Source of the DNA: Antedon mediterranea
Taxonomy: Eukaryota > Animalia > Echinodermata
Assembly (NCBI RefSeq): GCF_964355755.1
Contig: NC_092671.1
Location: 4,278,001 to 4,342,000 of the forward strand
Direction: 5' to 3'
Length of the DNA stretch: 64,000 nucleotides
The translations under genes and the position numbers were made by a program. The notes under the pieces are model-generated. The model made no database searches and was not told where the DNA came from. It was given only the letters and a program-made list of their open reading frames with translations. Positions 27,366 through 38,129 of this stretch are shown piece after piece (positions within the stretch are counted from its first letter, which is position 1; the number at the start of each line of letters is the position of its first letter).

Positions 27366-30300
27366 TTAGACACTTGAGCCATCATCCTTGACCGTTTCAT
27401 AAATTGGTTCCTCCTTTCCTGCAGTGACCTCTGACCCCTCTACTATTTCTGTGATCGTTGCCCCCTCTTCTTCTTGGGCAGCTGTATCTCCTTCAGCAAG
27501 TTTTTTCTGTTCTTCTTCATGTTTTTTAGCATCTGGAATCCAGAGTCCTGAATCAATACACTTTTTGAGAATTTCTTCTGCTATTTTTGGTTCCATAGCC
27601 GATAGCACCTTCTGAAGCATTGGTATATCTTTTGCTTCGAAGCACTCCTTAACTTCCTAAAAGAGAAACGTATACATTGTTAAAGAGGAGGTGGGTACAG
27701 CTATTAACGGCAAAGTTTTAAAGGGGAGCTCCACTAAGACTTTATAATAGCTTATACTGTTTTTAATTGAAATTGAATAAATAAAAATAATAATAAAAAA
27801 TATGGCAACATTCTCAGAAAACAATTTTTTTTTAAATGGTGAGTTTTATTACATTAAAGTTTTCTGGTAGCTTTAGAGGGGGATAGACCAAAGTAATTTA
27901 ACAACAGGACACTGCGCTCACTTTGCCAAGATAGGAACTAGTCGTAACAGTCCAGCGTACATACTGTCTGCGGTGCACAGTGTCTGTTAAACTGATCGTG
28001 TCGCAGCTATAATTAAACCCTTTGATCTCCGAGCTCAGCATCCTGTTGCTAGATTTCCTTGGATAGACACTCCACCCCTAAACAAAAACTGAATTAGAGG
28101 TATCAGGGCAGGCTACTGTATATCCGGGTAAATTTAATATACTCCATTTCTTTTTGTCTGTCTGCATAATAAAACATGTATCGATGTATGACATGGGATG
28201 CCAAAGAAATGTCGGATTGTGTGTTTACATCCGCTGAAGGTAATGAATGACTTACCAGAGGTAAAGTTTCAAATACTTCTACTGGATCAAGACCTCCAGG
28301 GCCAAGACGCGCTTGCTTCTCTGCTTCCATTTCCTGAAAATAAAAAAAAATACAGGGCTGATGATATGTTAAGATTTTTATTCGATAAATTATTTTTAGC
28401 AAAATTAGTAGTTTCTACTTTTTGCGATGATCAGAGCTCAGAAAATGGATCCTCATTCGTTCTTGAGCACTCATGCAAAAAAATAACTCATCGCCAAGCA
28501 CGATGTCAAAATGATAATCACAAATTTCTCTCTTTGAAATGTTGCAACAATTATCAATAAAAAACTTACCTTCTCTGCCTCTTCCATAGCTCGATCTAAT
28601 CGGACTTTTGCCCTGCCTTTCACTCGTACAATAAATGACTTCCATTCATCATTAAAGCCAGTTTGGTATTCGGGATCATCTTTGCTTAATCTAAATCAAA
28701 ATATATTGTATACATAAATATGCTCAGACTTTACTTACACCTCTCTCCACCAAGGTGTATAAATAGGTACCTGGTTAGATCAAGATACAACTTATTACTA
28801 GCTAAATTATGAGAGTAATGACCGGGGTAATAATGTGAAGCACTTAGAAGCATTCTGCAATAAGCAATATACAAATATTATCATTATTATGGTTGACCAT
28901 ATCGAAAGCCATATTTCTTTAATATACACACTTAAACACATAGAAAAGATCTTTACTTACTTAGCAAAGAATGGCCTCACACACGCTCTTGGGTCTTGCT
29001 TCAGACTCTTTGCCAGCTCCAGAATAAATTGTAAAACAATAGTTTGATGAGCTACCTGTTCCATTAAACTTGATTTCTTTCGTAAAAACAAACAAAAATG
29101 TAAATATTTGGAGAACGTTTCATTACATTAGTAAATGTAGCGTTGCTGGCAAAGCAATTTCAGTATTCTATACATTTAACCCCCACCTTGATGTTGGTGT
29201 TCTAATTTTAACCTATCCCCGAAATTAAACTACTGTATACAGTCTGTCAGGAAAGCACCCTCCCAAAATTAGAAAGTACTAGATTTATGCAAATTGCATT
29301 CAGTCAATCACAAATTTAAGGCTATAAGTCCAGTTTGTTATTGGGAGAGCTAACTGTACAGTGCTGACATCCAGCTAAATTTTAGCGAATACCTGCGTTT
29401 GAAAAAACAAACTAGAAATACACTGCAATCAGTCAAGTTTTCAAAAAATCTTAGAATAGTAGCCAAGTTTAATCCTTACTTCTTCTACTTCCAAGTCAAT
29501 GCACCAAATTGCTAAATAGTTAGCTGCTTCTTCACAGACTAAATGAGTGTTGTCTACCAATATCTTCTGACTATCTTCCCACCTACGAAACATGCCAAAT
29601 TTTTGTATGTCTTTCTCATATTTCTTTACAAAATTTCTCTGAAAATTATAAGAAAAGAGAATTAGAACATAATTTGAATGAAAGTTCTGGCAAAAGTATC
29701 TGTATTTAGAAACCAGTCACATAAAATTGATTATGACGTCCTGATTTCTTTTCTCACAACATCACTACAATCTTCCCAACACCTTTACACCCTCTCTACA
29801 TCATCATAACTGTTTTCCTTCCTTTTTCTCCTCTCATTAAATCCCCCACATTACTCCAATCTTTTCCACATCCTTTCACCCTCTCGTCGTCTTCATACTT
29901 GTTTTTCTTCATTTTTCTCATCTCATTAAACCCCTACATCACTACGATCCTATATACATCTTCCTATCACTCTCATCAACCTGTTTTTCTTCCATCTTAT
30001 CCTCTGTTAAATGCCCCAAATCCCTACATTTTTTCATCTTATATTTTACATTAGTTACATCATAATACTTCGTTCTTCCTTTTCCTACATCTTTTCACCC
30101 TCTCTTCATCATTATATTCGAATAAATTCCCCATATCCCTACATTTTTTTCATCTTACCTGTTTTTCTTCCTTTTCATCTTCTGTTAAATCATCGTCCCC
30201 AGGCGTATACTTGTTAATTTTTGTTGAACTGAAACCATCTTTACTAAGTGTGTCAACATTCCAGGGCGTCAATTTCTCTTGCTTTTCAATTTCAGATTCT

Positions 30301-32362
30301 TTTTCTCGCCACTTTTTCTCTTCTTTTAAAAGTTTTTCTAGTTCAGCTTTCAACTTGCTTTTTTCTTTGGACTTTGAAAAAAAAGGAGACAATCTAGTTG
30401 AGCTTTGCAATGTTTTTGGTGCTAAACTTAATTATCAAATGCAATGGCAGGTCCCGAAAATTCACATAGATCTTGACAGCATCTCAATATAATGATTTAA
30501 TTGTGGCCATGTGCAGTATTTTATTTCACTTAGTATAATAGATTCTAGATCCTTTTTCTACACATTTCTATTATTAATGTTAAGAATCTCTGCTATTTTC
30601 TATTCTCTAATCTAAAGAAATAAATGTTCAATTTAAAAAATTGAATGGGAGTAGATCAACCTGATCAAAACTGGAGATCACTTTAAAAGTTGATGACATG
30701 TTAAATGCAATTTGCATATCCTTATAATATAAGGTATTGCAAAAGGGATGACATATAAAAGAAAAGAACAAACCTCTCCACTTGTTTCTAAATCTTCTAG
30801 TTTCTTCCTTAAATCTTCTACTCTATTTTTATTTCTGAAAAAAAAAACAATTGGTGAATTTACAATCACTTTTTTTTTTAATGGCCAATTTTTGATGAAA
30901 ATAATGAAGATTGTTATGACAATGGATTGAGATTGTGAATGATAAGTTAGTACAATATTAACTAGGTTGAGACAAAATTAAACAAGTTAGTACAATATTA
31001 ACTAGGTTGACACAAAATTAAACAAGTTAGTACAATATTAACTAGGTTGAAACAAAATTAAACAAGTTAGTACAATATTAACTAGGTTGAAACAAAATTA
31101 AACAAGTTAGGACAATATTAACTAGGTTGAAACAAAATTAAACAAGTTAGTACAATATTAACTAGGACAGAAAATTAGGTTAGTACAATATAATATAATT
31201 TAGTAAGGTATAAATAGTAACTAACTGTTCCATTCCTAGGGTCAGTTTTTGTTTATTATCCTCCATCTCTTTCATTTTGTCCACTCTTGCTTGATGGCGC
31301 CATCTGTACAAGCTTGGAGTATCGATATTTGGGTGAGTTTCATCTTCGTCATCTGACACCTGAAAGAAAGTAAAATCCCAACTTGCATGACTTTACTGTC
31401 GTATACTACTGTTACAGTATATCCTAATGCACTTGTCAATTGTATGACTCACTATACGACCCCCGGGAGAGGTGCGTCATTTACAAATAATTACTGACGC
31501 AGGGGTGCGTCAAAAAACCTAGATGGTACGTCACATCAATGAACAAGGTGTGTCAATGTCCGTCACTTTACCACCCACCATATCATAAAAAACATGGTCA
31601 CAGTGCGTCAAAATGGGTGCGTCATAGTCACCTAAAGGTAAGTCACCTTTTTGACGCACGGGTGCGTCATGGTATTCAAAAGTATGACGCACATCGGACA
31701 AATGACGCACCTCTCCCGGGGGTCGTATAGTGGGTCATACAATTGACAAGTGCATAACTACCTCACTTACCGCATAGTTACATTAGTGAATTAAGGTAAG
31801 GACAAGAGGACAAGGATTAGGCCAGCTTTACTCACCATTTGCCTTGACCCGGGCCTAGAGGAATGTTTCATTTTCCTCTAGACATAAAATTAAATATCAA
31901 ACTGTTTTAAACAGTGTTAACACTTTACAAATTACAGTAGGGCCTAGGCCTAGGCCTAATTATAATTTACATTTACAATCAATGACAATGTTTTTTATTA
32001 TTTGTGTATGGCCTAGAAAATAAACCTACTACTTTAAGACAAACTTAAGATTAATCAATTCTTTGAACCATGACTACTTATTATAGTGTATTTTGATGGA
32101 TAAGCGTGCCCGATTGTTCGTAGGCCCTAGCATCTGACATCACCAGCGTTGCTTTGTGTTACTACCCGTACCACCGAGAACGCGCTAAACTCCTTGTGGA
32201 TTGAAAGGCGTGTTCATGTTTGGAATTACCTAGCCTAGGCCTAGCTTAGCAATGAATTCTCTATAAGTAACACAGTAATAATTTATATTACCTTATTCAA
32301 TTAATGTAAATATAAATAATATAAAATACCTCAATATGGTCCCATTTGCTGTAGTCAACCAT
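27366..32362 (-). CDS. CDC37: Hsp90 co-chaperone Cdc37; 9 coding exons, about 401 aa
   Basis: Exons 32330-32362, 31226-31359, 30774-30834, 30159-30371, 29480-29638, 28961-29076, 28570-28690, 28256-28333, 27366-27656 (1206 nt). N-terminus [36 protein letters not shown] (with the Ser13 CK2 site), [61 protein letters not shown]. Confidence 0.96.
27889..28061. mobile_element. Non-autonomous TIR element with 7-bp TSD (copy 2)
   Basis: CAAAGTAATTTAACAACAGGA...TCCTGTTGCTAGATTTCCTTG flanked by perfect gatagac / gatagac. Confidence 0.72.
28735..28870 (+). mobile_element. SINE remnant (CORE-like centre, L2-like tail)
   Basis: ctctctccaccaaggtgtataaataggtacc followed by tgtgaagcacttag..tatacaaatattatcattattat. 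Confidence 0.45.
29745..30158. repeat. Degenerate tandem repeat (about 85-90 bp) resembling the CDC37 exon 4 3' end
   Basis: catcaacctgtttttcttccatcttatcctctgttaaat (about 29975) vs exon end catcttacctgtttttcttccttttcatcttctgttaaat (30151); further copies near 29805 and 29895. Confidence 0.7.
30944..31166. repeat. 40-bp minisatellite, about 5.6 copies, CDC37 intron 2
   Basis: aagttagtacaatattaactaggttgaaacaaaattaaac, near-perfect copies. Confidence 0.95.
31428..31754. mobile_element. MITE with 55-bp TIRs and TAA TSD (PIF/Harbinger-type), CDC37 intron 1
   Basis: taa|TGCACTTGTCAATTGTATGA.CACTATACGACCCCCGGGAGAGGTGCGTCATTT ... inverse|taa; TIRs match at 54/55 positions. Confidence 0.88.
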
Positions 32363-32491
32363 GATAGTATAGTAAGTAGGCTATTTCTTCTTGATCAATT
32401 TCTTTCTTCGTTTTTTCTGTTATCGTCAAAGAAATGAAGAGCATGCGCAGTGAATAAAAAACTGACGGGGGTTCCCCGAACTACACACGCA

Positions 32492-32506
32492 AGAACTTTC
32501 CAGAAT
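32492..32506. promoter_or_regulatory. Heat-shock element in the CDC37 promoter
   Basis: aGAActTTCcaGAAt is a perfect nGAAnnTTCnnGAAn about 130 bp upstream of the CDC37 ATG; NRF1-like GCATGCGCA at about 32441. Confidence 0.7.
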
Positions 32507-33549
32507 CTATTTTTAATCTTTAATTTTAATATAATTTGAATAATAATTTATTTAAATTATTTTGACTGATTTTATTTTTTATTATATAAGGAACTACAAT
32601 TTAATTTAGTTTCCAATTCCGTAATTTTGGGAAGAGGAGGTATATAGACCTAAAAGCCAGTTTCTGAAAGAATTAAGCTTTGACATTTTTAATAGGCCTA
32701 CACCATTAATAATAAATTCCAAGCAGGTGGCTGCTCATGCTGAATATTTGTGATATATACACGCCCTCTAGTTTCTGCCTTAACCTAATAGGGAAAAAAA
32801 GAATTCATCCCGGTGAACTGGCATAAAGGGATGATTAATTTCTATTGGTAGTGCCTAAAGACATAAAATAAACAACAACAACAACGATGGCCTGTTATAA
32901 GTACATTCATCACCGAAATTAAAGTCATTTTTCCTTATTGGTGGTAAATAGGTGTGGCTACATTCCACCGCTAACATTATTTTTTTAATTCAATTTTCAT
33001 TCGTCACGTCTACATTTGAATATGATACAATGTTAAGTTTAGTAAAACGTACCGACATAGTACCGATACTTTTTAAATCACGTTCGTGCATTGTTAACAC
33101 CCATATTTTATCATTGTCTGCAGCAACTGAACTTGTTATATAGGTGCACTGTGAGTTTCAACACGTCACGTCCCTCTACTCAGATTCAGATTCGATTTAT
33201 TAAATCATTCATATATAGTACAATGATATGGGTGGTAAATAAATAGTTATGAATACCTACCATATCAAATTGTTGCCGAAAATCTTTTGGAGAGGTCGTT
33301 TTTTGTCGCATCGTCTCTGTTCAATACGTGTAAAACACGTTGAGAACGACATTTCCCCTCCATCCCGCCCTATTTTGTTGACAATTCAGAATTCAGAAGT
33401 TCGAAGCAAAATATACAGAACTGTACCGTACGGTAGTCATTATTAGTACGTAACAGTTCAATTTTGTAATCTGTTTCAATATTCCAAAGAAATATTATGA
33501 ATTATTCATCATAATCAGTAATCATTTTTAAAGAAAGCTTTGTAATATG

Positions 33550-33644
33550 TTTTTAGTCGCGTGCTACAGCTCACTATGTCGGTCGGTTGGCGGTAATAAA
33601 TACTAACTTTAGCACGCGACAGCAGCCATGTATATGACCGTGTT
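33550..33644 (-). mobile_element. DINE-1/HINE-like (Helentron-derived) short element; other copies at 43245-43328, 44153-44237 and 46811-46893
   Basis: Subterminal inverted repeat agtcgcgtgc / gcacgcgac, a GTCG/GTTG microsatellite, an AACAAG-like end and T-run flanks. Confidence 0.6.
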
Positions 33645-33984
33645 TATAACATAATGGTACGGCGTTGTATCAGTGTTCTCAGAGCAAGTGCACGTTACTT
33701 TGTTTGAAGAAATATTTCCATAATCGACATCCAACTTGTTTTCCAGCCAGATGATAAAAGATGTCTTAAAATAGTTTGTCACGTCCGCTTTTAAAATACG
33801 TTTTGAACATATTAAGCATATGATCCGTTTACTCAACTGCTGTGTACTGACAACTTCTGGCTGAGTGCATTTTACAACTTCACGCTTTACCTTGCAACCC
33901 ACAATATTCGGTGTCGAATTTGAAACTAACATCTGTAAAAAGAAGACAATTCCAATGGACAGTATGGACATTAAGAACAAAAAC

Positions 33985-34994
33985 ATGTCAGGCGAAAATG
34001 TATCTTATGATGTATCTGAACACGGGAATTCAACCACTAACACGAGTCAATATGATGCTTTCATTGATACATTCCTGAATAGAAATTTGGAAGAGAGTGT
34101 GCTTAAGTATGTTATCAATATTGTGGTAGTATTGGGCACTATCGGCAACATAATGACATTTATCGTTATTGTCAGTAAACTGCGCAGACCGGTGTACGTG
34201 TATCTAGCGAATTTGGCAATAGCTGCGCTGATACGATGCTTTTAATTGCGGGGCCCTTTGCAATATGGAAACTTGACGATAATATATTTCAGATGTTGCC
34301 CTTAATTGAGATTGAAGAAGAAGGAGGAAAGGTCTTTTGCTTATTATGAATTTACTTTTCTGAGTGTACTTCGCATGCAGCTTTATTCACAATTGTCTGG
34401 CTTTCTGTTGAACGTTATAATTATGGCAATTTGTACACCTTGCAGATTCAGAAGAAGTGGATTTGGTACTCTCTCAAGATCCGTGAAAATCTGTTCACTT
34501 ATATGGATTTTAAGTCTGTCTGTGAACACAATTATGTTTATATTTCCAACGACTATCATTCATTCTTCCATGGCCTGATATGTATAGAGGTATATCAAAT
34601 AGAGTAGCATTGTGTTTATTAAAGCGAGACTACATAGCACAATATTACATTTTTATTAAGGTAATTGCTATTGCCAGCATGATATTAACTGAAAATCCCG
34701 TACTGACACTGTCATACCGACATCAGATCTTCATAGAACCGATCCCAGAATTCAATCTGAAAAGAAAACATTCTCAACATTATTTGTAACAATTACAGTT
34801 TATGTTATTTTTATGACACCGTTTATTATATTAAGAATAATAGTGGGATTATTTCAAGTTATTGGGTAAGAAATATATTTCGTCTAGGAGTTTATTTAAA
34901 TTCTTTTTTAAATCCTTTTATATATAATGTAGTAAATACAGATTTTAGAAAAGCATTTCTTGAGGTCTTCTACACCAGAATTCGAAAGAAATAA
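33985..34994 (+). pseudogene. Frameshifted class A GPCR pseudogene of the local family
   Basis: Starts MSGENVSYDVSEHGNSTT..GTIGNIMTFIVIVSKL..VYVYLANLAIA; continues in shifted frames (RSGFGTLSRSVKIC, WPDMYRGISNR, NPFIYNVVN) with frameshifts and stops. Confidence 0.85.
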
Positions 34995-35900
34995 ATGATA
35001 AAATGCTAATATCAACGTTGAGTTATGTTTGTATATATATAAATTATTCATTTGAGAATTATGAAACGTTATTATGAGGTTTTTTTTGCAGCAAAAAAAA
35101 ATTCACATATACTATAAGCAATTCATTTTATTTAAAAATCAGCATTTACTTAACAGCATTTTGTGAATTTATATAGGCCTACTTTTAATGAATAAGAACG
35201 TCTTAACAATTCTAAATATTTTATAGAATTGTAATTTTATTGCATTTTATTCGTACTATTTTTCATTCTTTTAATATTTGACTAATTTAATATTGAATCT
35301 CTTTTTCAATAAATTTACATTTTAATCATATTATCAATGTGTTTGTAAGATAATAAATTATATTAATATTTGCGTAGATAAATGCACAATGTCTGAATAA
35401 TTGAGGGGTATTGTAATTAAAGTTTTGTTTACGCTTTATGCCGTGCTGATGTAATTTCAATACAAAATAACTACAAGATGTTATCTTCATTCGAACTAAA
35501 TACTAGTACATATTATTGGAAAATATCCTTTATTTTTCTTTGTATTGTCGGTAAATAGGCGTGGCTAACATTCTATTATTATTCTTTAAATTCAATGTTT
35601 GTATTCGTCACGTTTTTAAAAATTATGATACATGTGTTGAGTTTAGTATAAACCTGCCGTTGGCCTATACATGTTGATGACGTTCGTACATATTAGTTGC
35701 ACCAACTTTTCAGCATACGTTATTGTCACCTGAACTTGTGTAGTTGTACGGTATATACTATAAACAAACTATCCATATTGGGACTGTTTTATCAGTTCAT
35801 TAGCGTATTATTTTATAAGCAAGCCAACTTATTAGCATTTAAGTCATCGTTTTCTTTTATAGTAAACTGATACTGATATATATTTTTCCAAAATAAAGAA

Positions 35901-36035
35901 ATGTCACTTTTAGTCGACAATGCATCCTATTATGCATCAGAATAACATCTAACACGTGCCAGTTTGATGCTTACATTGATGTTCTTTCCTAGTGATTTAA
36001 ATTAACTATTATTACTCCTGTTGCTGTTGCGTTTT
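35901..36035 (+). pseudogene. 5' fragment of a local-family GPCR
   Basis: aaagaaATGTCACTTTTAGTCGACAATGCATCC..GATGCTTACATTGAT..CCTAGTGA..CCTGTTGCTGTTGC matches the N-termini of intact paralogs; early stop, then cut off by a simple repeat. Confidence 0.7.
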
Positions 36036-36039
36036 CCCA

Positions 36040-36390
36040 GTAATAAAGCAGACCCCCAAAAGAAGATTAAACAATAAAGAACACAAGCTAAAGAAAATCT
36101 TAAAGTATAGAAGATCCTAAAGTAAAGAAGATCGAAAAGAAAAAAAAAGATCCAAAATGAAAAAAGATCTCAAAGTAAAAACAAATGTTAAAGTAAAGAA
36201 GAAGAAGATCTTACAATAAACAAGATCTTAAAGCAAAGAAGATCTTAAAATAAACAAGATCTTAAAATAAACAAGATCTTAAAATAAACAAGATCTTAAA
36301 GCAAAGAAGATCCTAAAGTAATGAATATCCCACTGTAAAGAAGATCCGACCAATAGTAAAGAAGATCTAAATGTAAAAGAGATCCGAGTT
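36040..36390. repeat. Purine-rich simple repeat (aagatcttaaaataaac-like, about 17-bp unit)
   Basis: About 20 degenerate aagatc(c/t)taaa units. Confidence 0.85.
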
Positions 36391-37064
36391 GTCTATTCAC
36401 TGCACATACTCTTAAAAGATCGTAATAAATAACAATTGACTCCTAGAAATTGGAACCATGACTGGTGGTATAATAGAGAATAGAGAAAGCATGTGGATAG
36501 TTGTTGTACAATTGGCACTCGGTGCTGTTTTTATTACAACATTTTACCTCCAATAATCATGTCAGGTATATTACTATTGTAATAAATTCATCAATTATTA
36601 TTTGTTGATATCTTTTACAGTCAAATTTGGAGAAAAACGAAAATTGTATACTAACTACAGTATATATATATTTAATGTTAAATTGTTTACCAGAGTACTA
36701 AGCAATATGTAGACTACGTCTTTGAATCCAGTGTTCGCATTGGGCACATCTCTTTTGAATAGTTAATGGTACATGTACGTTGAGCTTAGTAACCTACCGT
36801 CTTTGAATCACGTTCGCAATATAGTTATTATTGATAGCTGAACTTGTTATTATAGGTTTACGTATGTTTTACTCAACAGTATTGTGACAAAGCATCATTA
36901 AAAAAGTGGGAATGTTTGTGAGACTTGAGCGGTATACCGAGTTTTTTTTAATCAGGTAGGCCTAACTAGCGTCTAACCAACTAAATCATCGTTGCCGTGA
37001 TACATTTTTGTTCTGTTCACAATAATTCTTAGAGACTGTTGTGAAAATTTTCAAAAACAAAGAA

Positions 37065-38129
37065 ATGCCACTTTCCGTCGACAATGTACTATATAATGTA
37101 TCTGAATACGGGAATTCAACAACTGACTCGAGTCAATACGATGCTTATATAGATTTGTTGTTGGATGACTTAGAGTGGGTATTCCGCTACAATGTCCTTC
37201 CCGTGTTGGTCGCTTTAGGCATTGTCGGAAACATAATGACACTTATCGTTATAGTGTGTAAATTACACACATCGGTGTACGTGTATCTAGCAAGTTTGGC
37301 ATTGGCTGATACGCTGTATTTAATTACGGCACCTATTCGGCTATGGACAACAGGATTCATTCCACCCATGTCAAATTATACGATTGATGATGTAGAAAAC
37401 AACTGGATATGTGTACTAATGATTTACCTTCCTTATAGTACTTCATTAATAGCCATTTTAACGATATTTTTGCTTTCCATTGAACGTTATATGGGAGTGT
37501 GTAGACCGTTAATGTATAAAACAAGTGGATTCGGTACAATCTCAAGATCGGTAAAAGTCTGTGCAATTATATGGATTTTAACTTTCTTGTCATATACTAT
37601 ATTATTTGTTCATACTGAACGATATTCCGTCATTTTTCCTTGGCCTGATATGTATAGAGGTATCTCAAACCGTGCAACTATATGTGGTAATAAGCGAAGC
37701 TACTACATACTACTACAAATCGTACGGGCGCTGGGTACTGCTATTCCTGTTGTGTTAATTGTGATTATGGTAATTTTATATTCACTTATGCTATATTCTT
37801 TAAGAAAATCCCGCAATACCATGCAAAATTCATGCGATACCGACCCACGTTCTAAATCTGAAAGGAAAATATTCTGGACAGTTTTTGTGACAGTCACAGT
37901 TTATGCTTTTTGCATGGCACCGTATCCTTTGTTTGGAATATTATCGAGACTTAATATGTTTCGACAGGATTTATCTCGATTCGAAATTATTTTTCACATT
38001 GGATTTTATTTAAACTCATTTGTAAATCCTTTGATATATAATGTAGTGAATGAAAGTTTTAGACAAGCATTTGTTGACGTTTTCTACAACTCTATTAGAA
38101 GGAAAATACATAATATATTACAACCTTAA
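37065..38129 (+). CDS. Class A (rhodopsin-like) 7TM GPCR, single-exon CDS, 354 aa, peptide-receptor-like orphan
   Basis: GN in TM1, LALAD in TM2, SIERY, TM4 W, NPLIYN; 7 hydrophobic segments; ATG at 37065 aligns with paralog starts. Confidence 0.92.
   Translation: MPLSVDNVLYNVSEYGNSTTDSSQYDAYIDLLLDDLEWVFRYNVLPVLVALGIVGNIMTLIVIVCKLHTSVYVYLASLALADTLYLITAPIRLWTTGFIPPMSNYTIDDVENNWICVLMIYLPYSTSLIAILTIFLLSIERYMGVCRPLMYKTSGFGTISRSVKVCAIIWILTFLSYTILFVHTERYSVIFPWPDMYRGISNRATICGNKRSYYILLQIVRALGTAIPVVLIVIMVILYSLMLYSLRKSRNTMQNSCDTDPRSKSERKIFWTVFVTVTVYAFCMAPYPLFGILSRLNMFRQDLSRFEIIFHIGFYLNSFVNPLIYNVVNESFRQAFVDVFYNSIRRKIHNILQP

Noticed and set aside
29077-30374. AAG 3' splice sites before CDC37 exons 4 and 6
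   Set aside because: Uncommon but ordinary GT-AG introns; frame is preserved
30944-31166. CRISPR-like look of the 40-bp repeats (and the 41-bp repeats at 3915)
   Set aside because: Head-to-tail units without unique spacers, eukaryotic intron/UTR context, no cas genes
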